Part shown: positions 50,330 through 63,282 of the stretch, one piece after another
How positions within the stretch are numbered: the stretch's first letter is position 1
Layout: each line of letters begins with the position of its first letter
Origin: Octopus bimaculoides
Taxonomy: Eukaryota
Length of the DNA stretch: 64,000 nucleotides
NCBI RefSeq assembly: GCF_001194135.2
Contig: NC_068982.1
Coordinates: 172,523,590 to 172,587,589 of the forward strand
Reading direction: 5' to 3'
Notes under the pieces: generated by a model
The model's input: only the letters and a program-made list of their open reading frames with translations
What the model was told of the DNA's origin: nothing
Database searches by the model: none
Position numbers and translations under genes: made by a program

Positions 50330-50530
50330 TTTCAGGCACCGACCGATTGGCAACGCATTGAGGCATAAATCAGCTGTCACGTGCTGAATATTTAACAAGA
50401 TGGCGTAGTGACAGCTGGAACGCCTTTGATAAAATATGTCTGTTCGATATGGCTGACTTGGGACTAAACAACAACAATAATGCACCGTTATATTACAACG
50501 TAACGACAGGGTATCTACGTGGCCATTGGA
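50330..50530 (+). promoter_or_regulatory. Candidate promoter at the CpG-depletion boundary
   Basis: About 11 CpGs in 190 bp, with ATTGG (50346), CAGCTG (50371), CACGTG (50378) and YY1-like CAAGATGGCG (50396). The last motif overlaps a family F repeat. Confidence 0.35.
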
Positions 50531-50940
50531 CTTGCTAGAAATAGCAGCTAAATCTCCTCTTGAAAAGAAGGCAATATTTGATAATGTCATATTAGGACAC
50601 ACTACATGTAAATGATAACACACCAGAAAATTTGATTGGCTATAACATCGCTTTCATTTATTTTACACTGTTATTGTAGAATGGACTTATGACAAATTCC
50701 ATCCATTTGGTCGTTTGTTCATTAAATATTCGTTTTTTTTCCCCCCCTTTGATTTTTTTTTACACGCTAGCATATCTTAGATGAGAATTGGTTTTGAGAT
50801 AGGGTTTTTCTAGATGGATGCTTTACCAGGGTTTTTTATAATTCTCAAGTGCAGTGTGTCTGGTCATAATGTTAACTAACAAGGAATATCAACTTCAGCA
50901 CTGGCTCATTCGTATGGTGACAATCAAAATATCACACACA

Positions 50941-50976
<36 letters not shown>

Positions 50977-51264
50977 GCTTGATACAGTTTCTATCTGTCA
51001 CAAGGTATTGATCATTCCAGGGCTGTAGCAGAAAATACTTGCCCAAGATGCCACACTGTACAACTGCATTTGAAATCATAAGTTTGCAAAGCAACCTTTT
51101 TAAACATACACTCATGCTTGTGTCTGTATGTAATGCATTATTTTATAACATAAACTCAAATGTCTACTCTGAGTACTGAAGAAATATCATATATTAATGA
51201 TAGCTGATCGAAAAAGAAAAGAAAAACGCATGAGGGAAATTGATTTATAAATGAATTTGATTGT

Positions 51265-51405
51265 TGTAAGTGGTTGGGCATTCAGCCACAGAAATCAAGC
51301 CAAAACAGACTATGGAATCTACTGTGGACCTTGGTATTGCCAGTTCCTGTCAAGCCATCCAACCCATGCCAGCATGGAAAACAGGCCTTAAATGTTGATG
51401 ATTGA
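51265..51405 (+). mobile_element. RTE-associated 3'-tail repeat (..CCAACCCATGCCAGCATGGAAA..(GAT)n)
   Basis: Other copies are at 53700-53835(-), 57280-57650(-), 59440-59570(-) and 62965-63282(+). Confidence 0.7.
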
Positions 51406-51600
51406 TTTCCAACCAAACGTTTATATCTTCCATCTGTGATAAAGCTACATCTCAGGGCATTCAGCCATCAAAAGATCTACAAATGAAGTTCTTGTCATCA
51501 AATTCCATGTGCAACTGTAAAGCAAGTGGCATGGACATATTTGTGTATGTTTGTGTGTTATTTTTTAAAGGTGTGTGTGTGTGTGATGAGTTTGAGGAAT

Positions 51601-52660
51601 TTATCATATAGGTAGGTGTCCTGTAGGATTCTTTTCTCAGCACCCCTGGTGTTTATTATAGTTCTCCAGGCCAATATTGAGGAGAAGTTTATGGTGAGAT
51701 GTCCATGGGAACTTCTTTTTGTCAATGACCTTGTTTTTGTAGATGACTCTGTTGAAGAATTAGAGAGAAAAATTCCAAACTTGGGAGCAAACGCTTGAAT
51801 AAAGAGGTCTTCAAGTAAGCATAACGAAGACAAAAGTTTTAATTAGCTGGAAAGAAGATATGATTCTCCTTCCCTCTGAAAAGTGGCTATGCTTGATATG
51901 GAGAGAAAAAGTAAGTAGGAATGTTATACAGCGTAACCAAAGTAAACTATGGGTGCATAAAAGATATAGAAGATCACAGGTAAACTGAATGAAAAGGAAG
52001 ACTTCATACAGGGCAGATGAACAAGAGTTGTTAGTAATATGAGTAGCAGTGAAGTAAATTCATTCAAATGCTCGGTAGGTGACTAATTAGCTGTGAAAAT
52101 AAGTGTTCTGAAAGCATAGTAATAAGAGTAAGAATAACTTCTGCTGGCAATGAAGATATTCTCTCTCTCTCTCTCTGTGGAGTGTATAAGGCTTTTAAAT
52201 AAAGTGTGATGTGCAGTTAGGAGATGCTGGGAAGTATGAGGGTGTGGTACCTGTGTATGAAGTGCAAAACATTAGCATAAATACGAGGAGGATGTATGGA
52301 AGATGGAATGAAATGAGGTGAGCATAGATGTGTAACATTAGAGTGCATGAGCTACATTGCACCAGTGAACAGAAGAGAAAAAAACTGGGTATAAGGGGAA
52401 TCAGATGTAGTGTGTAAGAGGGAAGGCTAAAGTGGTGTGTGTGTGTGGTGGTGGTGGTGGTGGGAGACATTTGGCAATTGTCAAGTGATCCAGATGGAAT
52501 GAACATTCAAAAAAGAGGGGCATAAGGAACAAGTGAAGAAGGCTGATTTTAAGGAGTTGATATATACAAGGGATTGTAATAAGTGGTAAGGTGTTGCGAT
52601 GGTGAAACTGTCCAGCTGTTCCTAGTATCAACAAATCGACATGAAACTGATGAGGAGGTT
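51601..52660 (+). pseudogene. Degenerate RTE-clade LINE ORF (RT C-terminal half to 3' end)
   Basis: Reads SAPLVFIIVLQANIEEKFMVRCPWELLFVNDLVFV (decayed YADD motif), E*RGLQVSITKTKVLIS and EKLGIRGIRCSV*EGRL. There are many stops and frameshifts. Confidence 0.85.
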
Positions 52661-52751
52661 GTGTTTGAGTATATAGAAGTATATCTGTGAATAAATTGCA
52701 TAAATCGCAGCAATGCAATACAATAATGACACAAGGCTGCCTATGTGTGTA

Positions 52752-53319
52752 CAATAGTACCTCACTTTATGAGGACCTGCTTTAAGAGACCCTGGTTTCA
52801 CGAGTTATTACTTTTCAAGCACAACATCCACAGTTTGAATGAAGGGCAAAAGTTTCTACTACCATAACAAATGCTTTTGCGTGTTACCAAGAAATTCATT
52901 GAGAGCGAGAAAAAGCTTCTTCTAAACAAACAACTCTAGGCTTGTCTTTTAAAAAGAAATCTATAAGTCCGTCTAAGAAGGCTTGTGAATCGGTGATCGC
53001 ATCTACAAGTGATGGTGTGTGCATGTCTAGTGCGAGTAAAAGTGATTCAGAAAACGATTATAATAATAATATTTGTTTTATTATAAATTATCTTGACATT
53101 CTTTTTACTTTACATAAAATATTCTTTACATTCTACTGTTATTTTATTGTCATTTATTTACAAGTATTATAAATTTTATAGGTGAAATATTTTTCTGGGA
53201 AGATGATGAAGTATGATTTATAACATTGCTACATGAGAAATTATTACCCTGCTTTACTGAGTTTTCACTTTACGAATGGTCTCCAAGAACAAATTAAATC
53301 GTATATTGAGGCATTACTC
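52752..53319. mobile_element. Tigger/pogo-like MITE, CpG-decayed
   Basis: TA|CAATAGTACCTCACTTTATGA matches TCGTATATTGAGGCATTACTC|TA at 16/23 inverted positions, with TA on both sides. Confidence 0.6.
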
Positions 53320-53961
53320 TACATGTATTCAGTGTGTATGATGTGGAGTGTCTATGTAGTTTAGAAGTGACAAAAATATAATTCTGAGCCTACAGGCATT
53401 CCTTCAGAGGCTGTAGACGAGATATGCAGTAGGTGAAGCATATCTTTCTCTAACCAAAGACTTAATAACAAAAAACAACTGATAAATAATGGGTCATTGT
53501 TGTTTAGACCCTGGGTCAATGACTTTGATTAAGTGGATTTGTAATCACTGACATTCCATTCATTAATCATTCTAATCTGTTTAAAGATATCCAGGATGAT
53601 ATTTTCCAATGAGGCCTTTTCGTTTTCAAGGCATCAGTACATAATGTCATATAATAATATCTAACTACTATACTATCAAATGTGTTTCTATGTATATATA
53701 TATACATCATCATCATCATTCAAACATCCACTTTTCCATGCTTGCACGGGTCAGACAAAATTTGCTGAGGCCAATTTTCTATGGTTGGATGCTCTTCCTG
53801 CCGTCAACTCTTACCTTGTTTCCAGGCAAGATGATGCTTACCATGGTCAGACATGTTTTTCCACAGATGACCGGAAATTAATGACATCACTCATATGATG
53901 GCAATGCTTGTTTGCAACTATCACATGATGTCTGGTCAAGAGCACACACAGACACAGCCAC

Positions 53962-54104
53962 ATACAATGGGCTTTTTGCAGTTTCCATCTACCTAATCCA
54001 CTCGTAAGGATTGGGCTACAGCAAACGGCACTTTTCCAAGGTTCCATGCAGTGGGACTTCCAAGACCACAAGATTGAGAAGTAAGCTTCTTACCCACGCA
54101 GCCA

Positions 54105-54108
<4 letters not shown>
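53962..54108 (-). mobile_element. SINE family A head, CpG-decayed
   Basis: TACGACGGGC>TACAATGGGC, TTCCGTCT>TTCCATCT, CCACGCAG>CCATGCAG. Confidence 0.8.
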
Positions 54109-54156
<48 letters not shown>

Positions 54157-54921
54157 AAGAGAGCATGTGTATGCTTTTCTTGTTTCAACCAACATTAATA
54201 TTACCATTTCTGTTTCAACATCATTATATCATTGCTGTTACACGAGTCAAACAATGCCGACAGAGAATAAACAATGGCATTTTGCAGTAGTGGTGATGAC
54301 GTTTGGTGGAGGCTGGTGGAAATTTCCTAGTACAATAAGCATACACTTTAAAGAAACATATCCAGCAAATGGCTTTTCGTATTACTTCCCTTAATTTCAC
54401 TTATTTCTTATTTTAAATTTTTACAAAAGTTCTGTGTGTGTGTGTGTTTTGGATTGCTGAAAATATCCAACAACAATAATTTCTCTAATTATGTTACTAG
54501 TTTTGTATGTGCATGTGACTGGCTGGATACACACACACACACACACACACATATAACACAAACATATAAATATATAGATATATATATCGTATAACACAAA
54601 CACACACACACATATATATTTGTACACACGCTCACACCTCATTTGTTAATAAGTGACAAATAAAAGAAAAGGACACACTATTATATGTAGAACTTTGTTG
54701 TGTGTGTGTGTGTGTGTAACCTGCACACCCGGTCACATCTATCTGCTACACCCAACTGGCGTACTTTCATCTATATCCATCCTCCTTTGTTTCAATACTT
54801 TTGGTTTCAATTAAATTACACTTGGTAATTCAATTAACTGTGCACATGCATTACATCATTACATACGTACATGCAGAAAAGTCAGTGCAGGCAGACATAC
54901 AGCTCATTTATGATATATATA

Positions 54922-54975
<54 letters not shown>

Positions 54976-55071
54976 NNNNNNNNNNNNNNNNNNNNNNNNN
55001 NNNNNNNNNNNNNNNNNNNNNNNNNNNNNNNNNNNNNNNNNNNNNNNNNNNNNNNNNNNNNNNNNNNNNNN

Positions 55072-55119
<48 letters not shown>

Positions 55120-55142
55120 ATAGACACACATAAATATATGTG

Positions 55143-55180
<38 letters not shown>

Positions 55181-56171
55181 AATATATATACATATAGAGA
55201 CATATACATTCACATTTGCACGCACACACATGCGCACACATTGCTTTCTGCCCAACAAACTCCCAAGCCCCATTCTGCTGCACTGCTGGTGAAAATAAGA
55301 TAGAAGTCCCCGATCTGCAGTGCTGAAGGCAAAGTTTTTATGTGTATGTTACGCATATACATATCCATGTGTGTATGCACATGTTTGTACACATGTATGT
55401 GTGTGCACGTGTGTGTGAAAGTGTATAGAAGTGTGTATGTGAGAAAATACATAAAAGAATATATATATATATAGACGGATGTGCATGCATATTTGTTGTT
55501 CCGAGCCCAGGTGCAGCATCATCATCATGAACTACTACTACTACTACTATAAGGGTTTCAGATGTACCATAAGGAAGTCAGCCATGACAATGGGTTAGCT
55601 AACACTCCCAACATACAGTCCTTCTGTGTTTTAAAATAACAGCTTCACCATAACTATTAGATGCTATTCATCGTTTCTCATCCTCCCTCTATCTACTCCC
55701 ACTCCTTCAACATGCATCTTTCTGCTTTTTTTTCTTTTCTTTTTTTCTTTTTACTTCTACCTACTTTTGGTCTGCCTCATCCTCCTTCTCCTCCTCCCGT
55801 GTCTCTATGTCCTTCCCACATCCATCATCATCAGCATATCTTTATTTTTAATTTTAGTTTTCTTTTTTGAACTGTTATAATTTTTTCTTTTATTTTCAAG
55901 TCTTTCTTATTTCTATTTTTTTTTTTTTTTTTTTCATGCCATTTTAAAAACTTTTGAAAGTTTCCTTGTTCTGCAGAGGAAATTCTTCAACTCTTAACTT
56001 ACTTTGTTCTTTGTCTTGTTTTGTTTTGTTTTGTTTTACTCTTTTTTTTTATACGTGTATTTTTTTCTCCCCTCTGTTACTGCTGCAATAATTCTTTGCC
56101 ATCTCCTCCCCAACCTCACTACCCTGCACTCTTATTTTCCCCCCAAAGGTGACTGACATTCTCCTCTTGAC

Positions 56172-56220
<49 letters not shown>

Positions 56221-56632
56221 TTCTATCAAACCTGCAGTCTGTTCAAGAGAGGAGTGGACTAGCACATGTGTGTATGTGTAATGAATATGAGAATGTATTG
56301 TGCTTATTTTCATTGTTGTTCAGCCCCTTTAGAGCCCTGCTTCTGCAGCAGTTCTATCATCATCAAAGGGGTTCAGGCTATTACTACTATCCCATTCCCA
56401 TCTAAATTTTATTCAGACATAGCATATCTCGGACTACATTATACAATATGCCCTACTATTTTTAAAATAGCTGGGTTATGATTCGAGGAAGAAGGCTGAG
56501 CAGACTATGTAGAGATAGAAGCATTTTGCAATGATTTCATAGTTTTAGTGGGGGAAACCAAATAGCCTAGACCCAGGGGGAACTAGTCATAATCTGTTTT
56601 GCAAGGGAGAAAAAAAATGGTAACTTGAAGAT

Positions 56633-56773
56633 AGGCGCAGGCATGGCTGTGTGGTAAGAAGCCTGCTTCCCAATCACTTGGCACCTTGGGCAAGTGTTTT
56701 CTACTATAGCCTTGCACTGACTAAAGCTTTGTGAGTAGATTTTGGTAAACAGAAACTGAAAGAAGCCTGTCAT
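56633..56773 (+). mobile_element. SINE family A head, CpG-decayed
   Basis: CCGAC>CTGAC, ACGG>ACAG, CCCGTCGT>CCTGTCAT. Confidence 0.85.
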
Positions 56774-56864
56774 ATATATATATTGAATTGCCCAGGGCTA
56801 TAGTAGAATAATAAATAAAAAGAAAAGGAAAGCTTCTTACGATGCAAAGAGGAGAGTTTTGAAG

Positions 56865-57030
56865 CCTTTGTATGTGTCAAGCACAAGGGCCAAAGTGCAA
56901 GTTCATTACAACGACCCCAAAAGGATGAAGGGCAAAGCTAACCTTGGTGGAATTTGAGAGTAGAGACAGATGGAATGCCATTAAGCATTTTGTCTAGCAT
57001 GCTAAAGATTCTGCCAGCTTGCCATCTTAA
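56865..57030 (-). mobile_element. SINE family B, CpG-decayed
   Basis: AGGATGAAGGGCAAAGCTAACCTTGGTGGAATTTGAG..AAGCATTTTGTCTAGCATGCTAA. Confidence 0.75.
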
Positions 57031-57052
57031 AGAAATTATATAACCTTTTTAT

Positions 57053-58059
57053 TTTTTTACTTGTTTCAGTTATTAGGCTGTGACCAGGCTGGGGCACTGC
57101 CGTGAGGATGTTTTTGTCAAATAAATCAACCCCCGTACTTTTTTTTTTTTCTTCAAGCTTGGCACATATTCTGTTGGTCTCTTTTGCAAAACTGCTAAGT
57201 TATAGAGGTGTAAACACACCAATATCAGTTATGAAGTGGTGATGGGGGACACGCACAAAGACACACACACATATACACCCATCATCATCATCGTCATCAT
57301 TTAAACTTTTACCATGCTGGCATGGGTTGGACGGTTTTACAGGAGCTGGCTAGCTGAAGAGCTGCTCATGTTTCATGTCTGTTTTCGCTTGCTTTCTATG
57401 GTGGGATGCCTTTCCTAAACACTAACCATCGTAACAAAGTGTATGAGGTGCTTTTATGCAGCACTGGCACAGGTGCATTTATGTGGCACCGATACGGGTT
57501 CTTTTTATGTGGCATCAACATCCACAAGCCTGCAAAGTTAGTGCTGGTACAACGAAAAAAAAGCGCCCCTACCCATGCCATGTTAACACACCCATGCTGG
57601 TGCTGCATAAAAGCATACAATACCCTCTGCGAAATAGTTGGCATTAGGATGGACATATACGACAGACTTCTTTCAATTCCTGTCTACCAAATCCATTCAC
57701 AAAGCCTTGGTCGGCCCAAAGCTATAGTAGAAGACACTTGCCCAAAGTGCCACACAGACTGGTGCCACGCAAGACTGAACCCACAACCATGTAGTTGGGA
57801 AGCAAACTTCTTATTTCTTTATTGCCCACAAGGGGCTAAACATAAAGGGAACAAACAAGGACAGACAAGGGGATTAAGTCGATTACATCGACTCCAGTGC
57901 ATAACTGGTACTTAATTTATCGACCCCGAAAGGATGAAAGGCAAAGGCGACCTCGGTGGAATTTGAACTCAGAACATAAAGACAGACGAAATACCGCTAA
58001 GCATTTCGCCCGGCATGCTAACGTTTCTGCCAGTTCGCCACACAACCATGCCTGAGCCT
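57053..58059 (-). mobile_element. Nested stack: SINE A interrupted by an RTE-tail repeat and a SINE B
   Basis: A tail 57053-57270, RTE-tail 57280-57650, A head 57657-57813, B 57814-58039, rest of A head 58040-58059. Confidence 0.8.
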
Positions 58060-58869
58060 ATGATAACTTCTTACAGTGATGATGATGATGATGATGATGA
58101 TGGTGGTGATAATGAAGGGTTATGGTATTAAAGGATCACAAATTCCAAGAATGGTCTGCAAGTCATATAAAATGACTTCAGTACATGTCTGGGACTTCTT
58201 TCATGTATCATAGGTATGGGTATAGCAAAGTTGACCATACCAAGATTTTGCACTACATCTCTGTCTGGTGCTCTCCTGATTCTGCCATGCATTGTAATGC
58301 TAATGATATCTAAGTTTGGCAGCATTAGTTGGGACCAGAAGGAAACGATTTTAATGCTGATAAACTCAAACCCCCAAAAAACAACATTTGATCTGGATAT
58401 TGTTTATTGCAGTGTTTGCTATTCCTCAATCCTAACAGAATTACTATAATTACGATGATTGTTATTATTTTAATGATGATGATGATGATGATAATGATGA
58501 AGACCAACGAACATCCAAATACACACACACACACACACACACACATGTGCATGCACACACATTTCTGTCAACTTTTCTATAAATGCCCCTGTTAAGTCTT
58601 TATTAAAAAAAAAAAAAAGACAGTCAAATAAACAAAAAAGTAAATAAATAAAAGACAGAAAGAAAAAAAAACAAAAGAACAACAGCAAAAATAAAACAAG
58701 ATCTTGTGGGTAAATAAATATTATTGCAGATGTAGAATGAAAGGTATGGTGGGAAAACATTATTATTATTTTCTCAGCCCAACCTTATTACCATTATTTT
58801 GAGTGATTTGAAATTATTATTATTATTATCATCATTATCATTATTGCTGTCATTATCATCATCATCATC

Positions 58870-59075
58870 ATCATCATATGCTGAATCAGTACAGCGATGG
58901 AGAAAATGCTTTGTGTTGTTGTTTAGGTGGTTTGGTCTGTACTCCCAAAGTCCAGTGAGCCTCAGCTTTACCTTTCGTCCATTATGGCAGGGTAGGCGAT
59001 ATAAAGTACCAGCCAAATCATTGTACCCATTCCCCCATAAATTTTGTGGCTCTGTGACCATATGTGACAAATAAA
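58870..59075 (+). mobile_element. SINE family B, decayed
   Basis: GAAAATGCTTTGTG..GCCTCAGCTTTACCTTTCGTCC..AAAGTACCAG..AAATTTTGTGGCTCTGTG. Confidence 0.65.
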
Positions 59076-59436
59076 GGGATTATTACCATTGTTTTGAAAT
59101 TTTGTAAATCCCATGATAATACAGATTGGAAGCATATTCGTAGCTGCTCTTCCTATTTGCGGTTATGCTGTTGTGAATTGCGGTGAGATGTGTTTGTGCA
59201 TTTATGGTCTGTTAGTAATTGTGGTAGTGAGCCATGTGGTTTACTATTTTGCTTTCAGATCGAGTTTTTCTTTCTTTGTTTTATTAACCCCTTACTTGGG
59301 ATAGGGTGTACATGAGTTGTGGATTGATGAAAATTCATCTTTTAAATGTCAGTTGTAAAACTGAAGCAGTGCAGTACTTCTTAATACTTTTGATATTATT
59401 ATTTCTGTTGAAATGCACTGCTTTTCACCATCATCG

Positions 59437-59484
<48 letters not shown>

Positions 59485-59724
59485 GTACCATTCTTTAATG
59501 TCCGTTTTTCCATGCTGGGGTTGGACCGTTTAACCAGAGCTGGTTAAATGGAGGGCTGCACCAGGTTCCATATATATGTATGTATGTATGTATTGTAGTC
59601 TATACACATGCACATAGCTTTCTCCATCGCAGTCTCTCTCATCTGATATATATATCATAAACTAATATATATACTGATATATATATATATATATATATAA
59701 TATATATCTTGTTCACCGATTTAT

Positions 59725-59768
<44 letters not shown>

Positions 59769-61311
59769 TATACATGTATATGTATATATATATGTGTGTG
59801 TGTGCGTGTGTGCACACATATATATATGCATATATATATATATATATATATAGAGAGATATATATGCGGCTTCCATGAGTATAACAGTACCTCAAGGGAT
59901 ATATGAAGAACATCTTGTGACAATCATGCCATTGCCTTACAGGCGTCCTGTGTAATTCTAGCTTGGATGTGCAATCGTGTTGTGGTATTTCTTTGTTTAC
60001 TGAGGAATTTCGCTTATCTTGGAATTCTCAATATTGGATTCTTTCAGCCTGCATGTTTTGATGTCATTCCTTTGTGATACCATGTCACAGATTCTCTTCT
60101 CTACTGCCAGGAAATGGTATTTCTGTCCAATGTGCTTCTCACATCTTCTGCTTGCATGAAACCATTTTACAACTTTTGCTCATTGTTTCTGTATTTTGTT
60201 TGCTCTATTTTCTATTTTCATTCTATCTCTCTTCATTTTTTTTTCCCTCCCTTTTCTCTTCCTTCTCTTTGACTTCTTATTTTTATGTATAGGTCTTATC
60301 TATNNNNNNNNNNNNNNNNNNNNNNNNNNNNNNNNNNNNNNNNNNNNNNNNNNNNNNNNNNNNNNNNNNTATATATATACATACATACATACGTGAACAC
60401 GCATACATACAGAGTTATCATCCTTAAGACATACACATGTATATGTATGTATTCAGACATGTACTTCCACATATAAATAATTTATATACTGTTAGCAAAA
60501 TTTAAAACTGGGATGGTGATGAACCTAATTATAAATATGTATTTATTCATTTATATATTGCATGTGTGAGTAAGCACATGTGTGTGTGTGTGTGTGTGTG
60601 CAGGCATTGCTCAAAGTGTCACTCAGTGGAACTGAACCTGAAATCGTGTGGGTGGGACACAAACTTCTTAGCCACGTAGTTATGCTTAGTTGCTTGCATG
60701 CACGTGTTTGTGCATATATATTTGAAATAGGTGTATATAATTATGACACCGAAACAGAGGGATAAGCTTCATAAAGCGATTTCCCCAAAATAATGTTTTT
60801 CTTTTCAATGTTCTTAATATGAAAATATGTATGAATGGTGTATGATCAATAGATTTGACCTTTCTAGATATGCTTATGTTGCTACCATCATGGATATGAA
60901 TGAATTTAATTTTATTTGCTGGTTGATACCGATTTGTAGAAGTGGAGCAGTTTGTTTGTATCTTGATATAAGGGGTTGTTTAGGCAGAACTGAGTTGTTG
61001 ATGTTGTTGGTGTTATATGACCCCTGACCTTACATTGAATGTGCAGTATGGACAGAAGTCACAACATACTGTGTTTCATCCAATGTCCAGTCTGTTATTC
61101 TTATGTTTTCAGTTCTGAAGAGAAGTTCATGGTGGGTCTGGTCAAACATGTCAACTGCTGTTCTTCTACATTAAGTCTCAGCTGATATACACAACGTAGA
61201 CCAATATTTGGAACTAAGGTGGTTAATAATACTGCTGCCTTTTCAATGTTTGTTGGACTGAATCCAGTGATGTTCTGGGTTGTTATAGATATATCTGGGT
61301 GCATGACAGTA

Positions 61312-61490
61312 AGGGAGTGAATTGGCAGAGTTATTAGAGCTTCCAGTTGTAAAGCTTTGTGGTATTTATTCTAACTTTTGGCATTCAAAGGTCAAATCAT
61401 GCTGAAGTCATCTTTGGCTTTCATTCTTTCTGGATCAATTACAGAAGTATCAGTCCAAGAGCAATGAACTGGCAGAACTATAAGAATGTT
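61312..61490 (+). mobile_element. SINE family B, fully CpG-decayed
   Basis: TTGGCAGAGTTATTAGAGC..TCATGCTGAAGTCATCTTTGGCTTTCATTCTTTCTGGATCAATT aligns with 43610-43812, with every CG lost. Confidence 0.7.
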
Positions 61491-62536
61491 GGAGCAGATG
61501 CCTTGTGGCATCTGTTCTGGTTCTTCTGCATTTCAGAGTCTAATTCTGCCTAATTCTTCTACAAAGCACTCTTACCAACCTGCAGACCCAGCATGATGAG
61601 TAAGGAAGAATTTCAAGACAAGAGACTGTGCCAAATAGAGGGCAAACAGATGGTACTGAGCAGAGTTGAGAGATGGGTTCTTCCAGCTGGAGAGGCAAGT
61701 GCCCTGATGAATGAATGAAGAAATGAAGGAATGAATGCATGCGCAACAGTGATTGAATAGGAGTTAACAGTGACTATATAGGCTAGGCTGGACCTTGCCT
61801 TGCCAACAAACTGAGATGCAAAAGTTGTAGAGTTGAAGTCTGATTGTTTATTTATTCTTCTGTGCTGTTGTTCATGTTTAACACCAGGTCAACTCTGACT
61901 GAGTAAAAAAACCTGTGATCAAAAGTATTCCACCTGTAACTTATACCTCCTTTTTCTTTTCTTTCTCATTTCAGGTAAAGTATATACATCTACGACTACA
62001 ATATCTAATATGTCCATCCTTTTTATAAGACAGTAAGAGGTGATCTGAGGAAGATTTGGCTACTATTTCTAGCAAGTGCAATGACCAGGTAGAAGCTTGT
62101 ACTTTGCTTGATGTTATTGGTTTTTGTTGTTGTTGTTCTTGTTTAGCTCCAAGCCAACTCTCATCAAGCAGGCCTGTGTTCAGAGGCATTCCAGCCCAGA
62201 AGTTACAACATTTTTTTTTTTATGGCTATGTAGGACTACATTATGCCATATGTCTTGTCTTTGTGTAAGATGGTAGCTTTATTTTGCAACATAAGGGATA
62301 TTTGGCTTCTATTTCTATCAGGTTGTATTATAAAAATAGAGGCTCTCTCATTGCGTTCTCATATAGTTGGTTATTGGGTTGGGCATAGTTAATGGGTTGG
62401 TTGATGTGCGTTGGACTTTTAGTGTTAATTGGTTTCTTGTGGTGTAGTCAGATGAGTGAACAGGGAAATCCCTCATTACTTATTCTCATCTGTATCTCTA
62501 TGCCACTGGCTTAACCCTCTGTTATTACTTCACCAC

Positions 62537-62945
62537 TCTTTTACTTGTTTCCGTCATTTGACTGCGGCCATGCTGGAGCACCGCCTTTTGTCGAGGAAAT
62601 CGACCCCAGGACTTATTCTTTGTAAGCCTAGTACTTATTCTATCGGTCTCTTTTGCCGAACCACTAAGTTACGGGGACGTAAACACACCAGCATCGGTTG
62701 TTAAGCGATATTGGGGAGACAAACACAGACACACAAACACACACATATATATATATATACATATACATATATATATATATACGATGGGCTTCTTTCAGTT
62801 TCCGTCTTCCAAATCCACTCACAAGGCTTTGGTCAGCCCGAGGCTATAGTAGAAGACACTTGCCCAAGGTATCAAGCAGTGAGACTGAACCCGGAACCAT
62901 GTGGTTGGTAAGTAAGCTACCTACCACACAGCCACTCCTGTGCCT
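62537..62945 (-). mobile_element. SINE family A, full length, young
   Basis: Near consensus. Its few differences include CG>CA/TG changes (CCGCT>CCACT, ACGACGG>ACGATGG, GTCGGCC>GTCAGCC). Confidence 0.93.
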
Positions 62946-62964
62946 ACACTGTTCATTTTACACA

Positions 62965-63282
62965 TCCACAAACACACTGCTGCCTGACTGGCTCTCGTGC
63001 CAGTGCTGCATGAATGACTCCTGTATCAGTGACACATAGGAAGCACCATTCAAGCATGGGTTGTTGCCAGTGGTGCCTGACTGGTCCTCATGCCGGTGAC
63101 ACATAAAAAGCACCCACTACACTCTCAGAGTGGTTGCCGTTAAGAAGGGTATCCATCTGTAGAAACCATGCCAGATCAGATTGGAGCCTGGTACAGTCTT
63201 CTGGCTTGCCAGTCCTCAGTCAAACTGTCCAACCCATGCCAGCATGGAAAGTGGACGTTAAACAACAATGATGATGATGTGG
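62965..63282 (+). mobile_element. RTE-associated 3'-tail repeat
   Basis: GAGTGGTTGCCGTTAAGAAGGGTATCCATCTGTAGAAAC..CCAACCCATGCCAGCATGGAAAGTGGACGTTAAAC..(GAT)n. Confidence 0.75.

Noticed and set aside
52942-53172. Ser/Asp-rich ORF MSFKKKSISPSKKACES..
   Set aside because: It lies inside the Tigger-like MITE and has no splice or domain support.
53380-54400. Candidate host exons (53395-53432, 54291 onward; also 59945, 61113, 41116 and 29018)
   Set aside because: AG acceptors exist, but frames close quickly, donors are weak and no peptide is recognisable.
58130-58380. Possible LINE RT-distal remnant (LTIPR..SVW.SP)
   Set aside because: The similarity is too weak and needs frameshifts, so it cannot be supported without a search.
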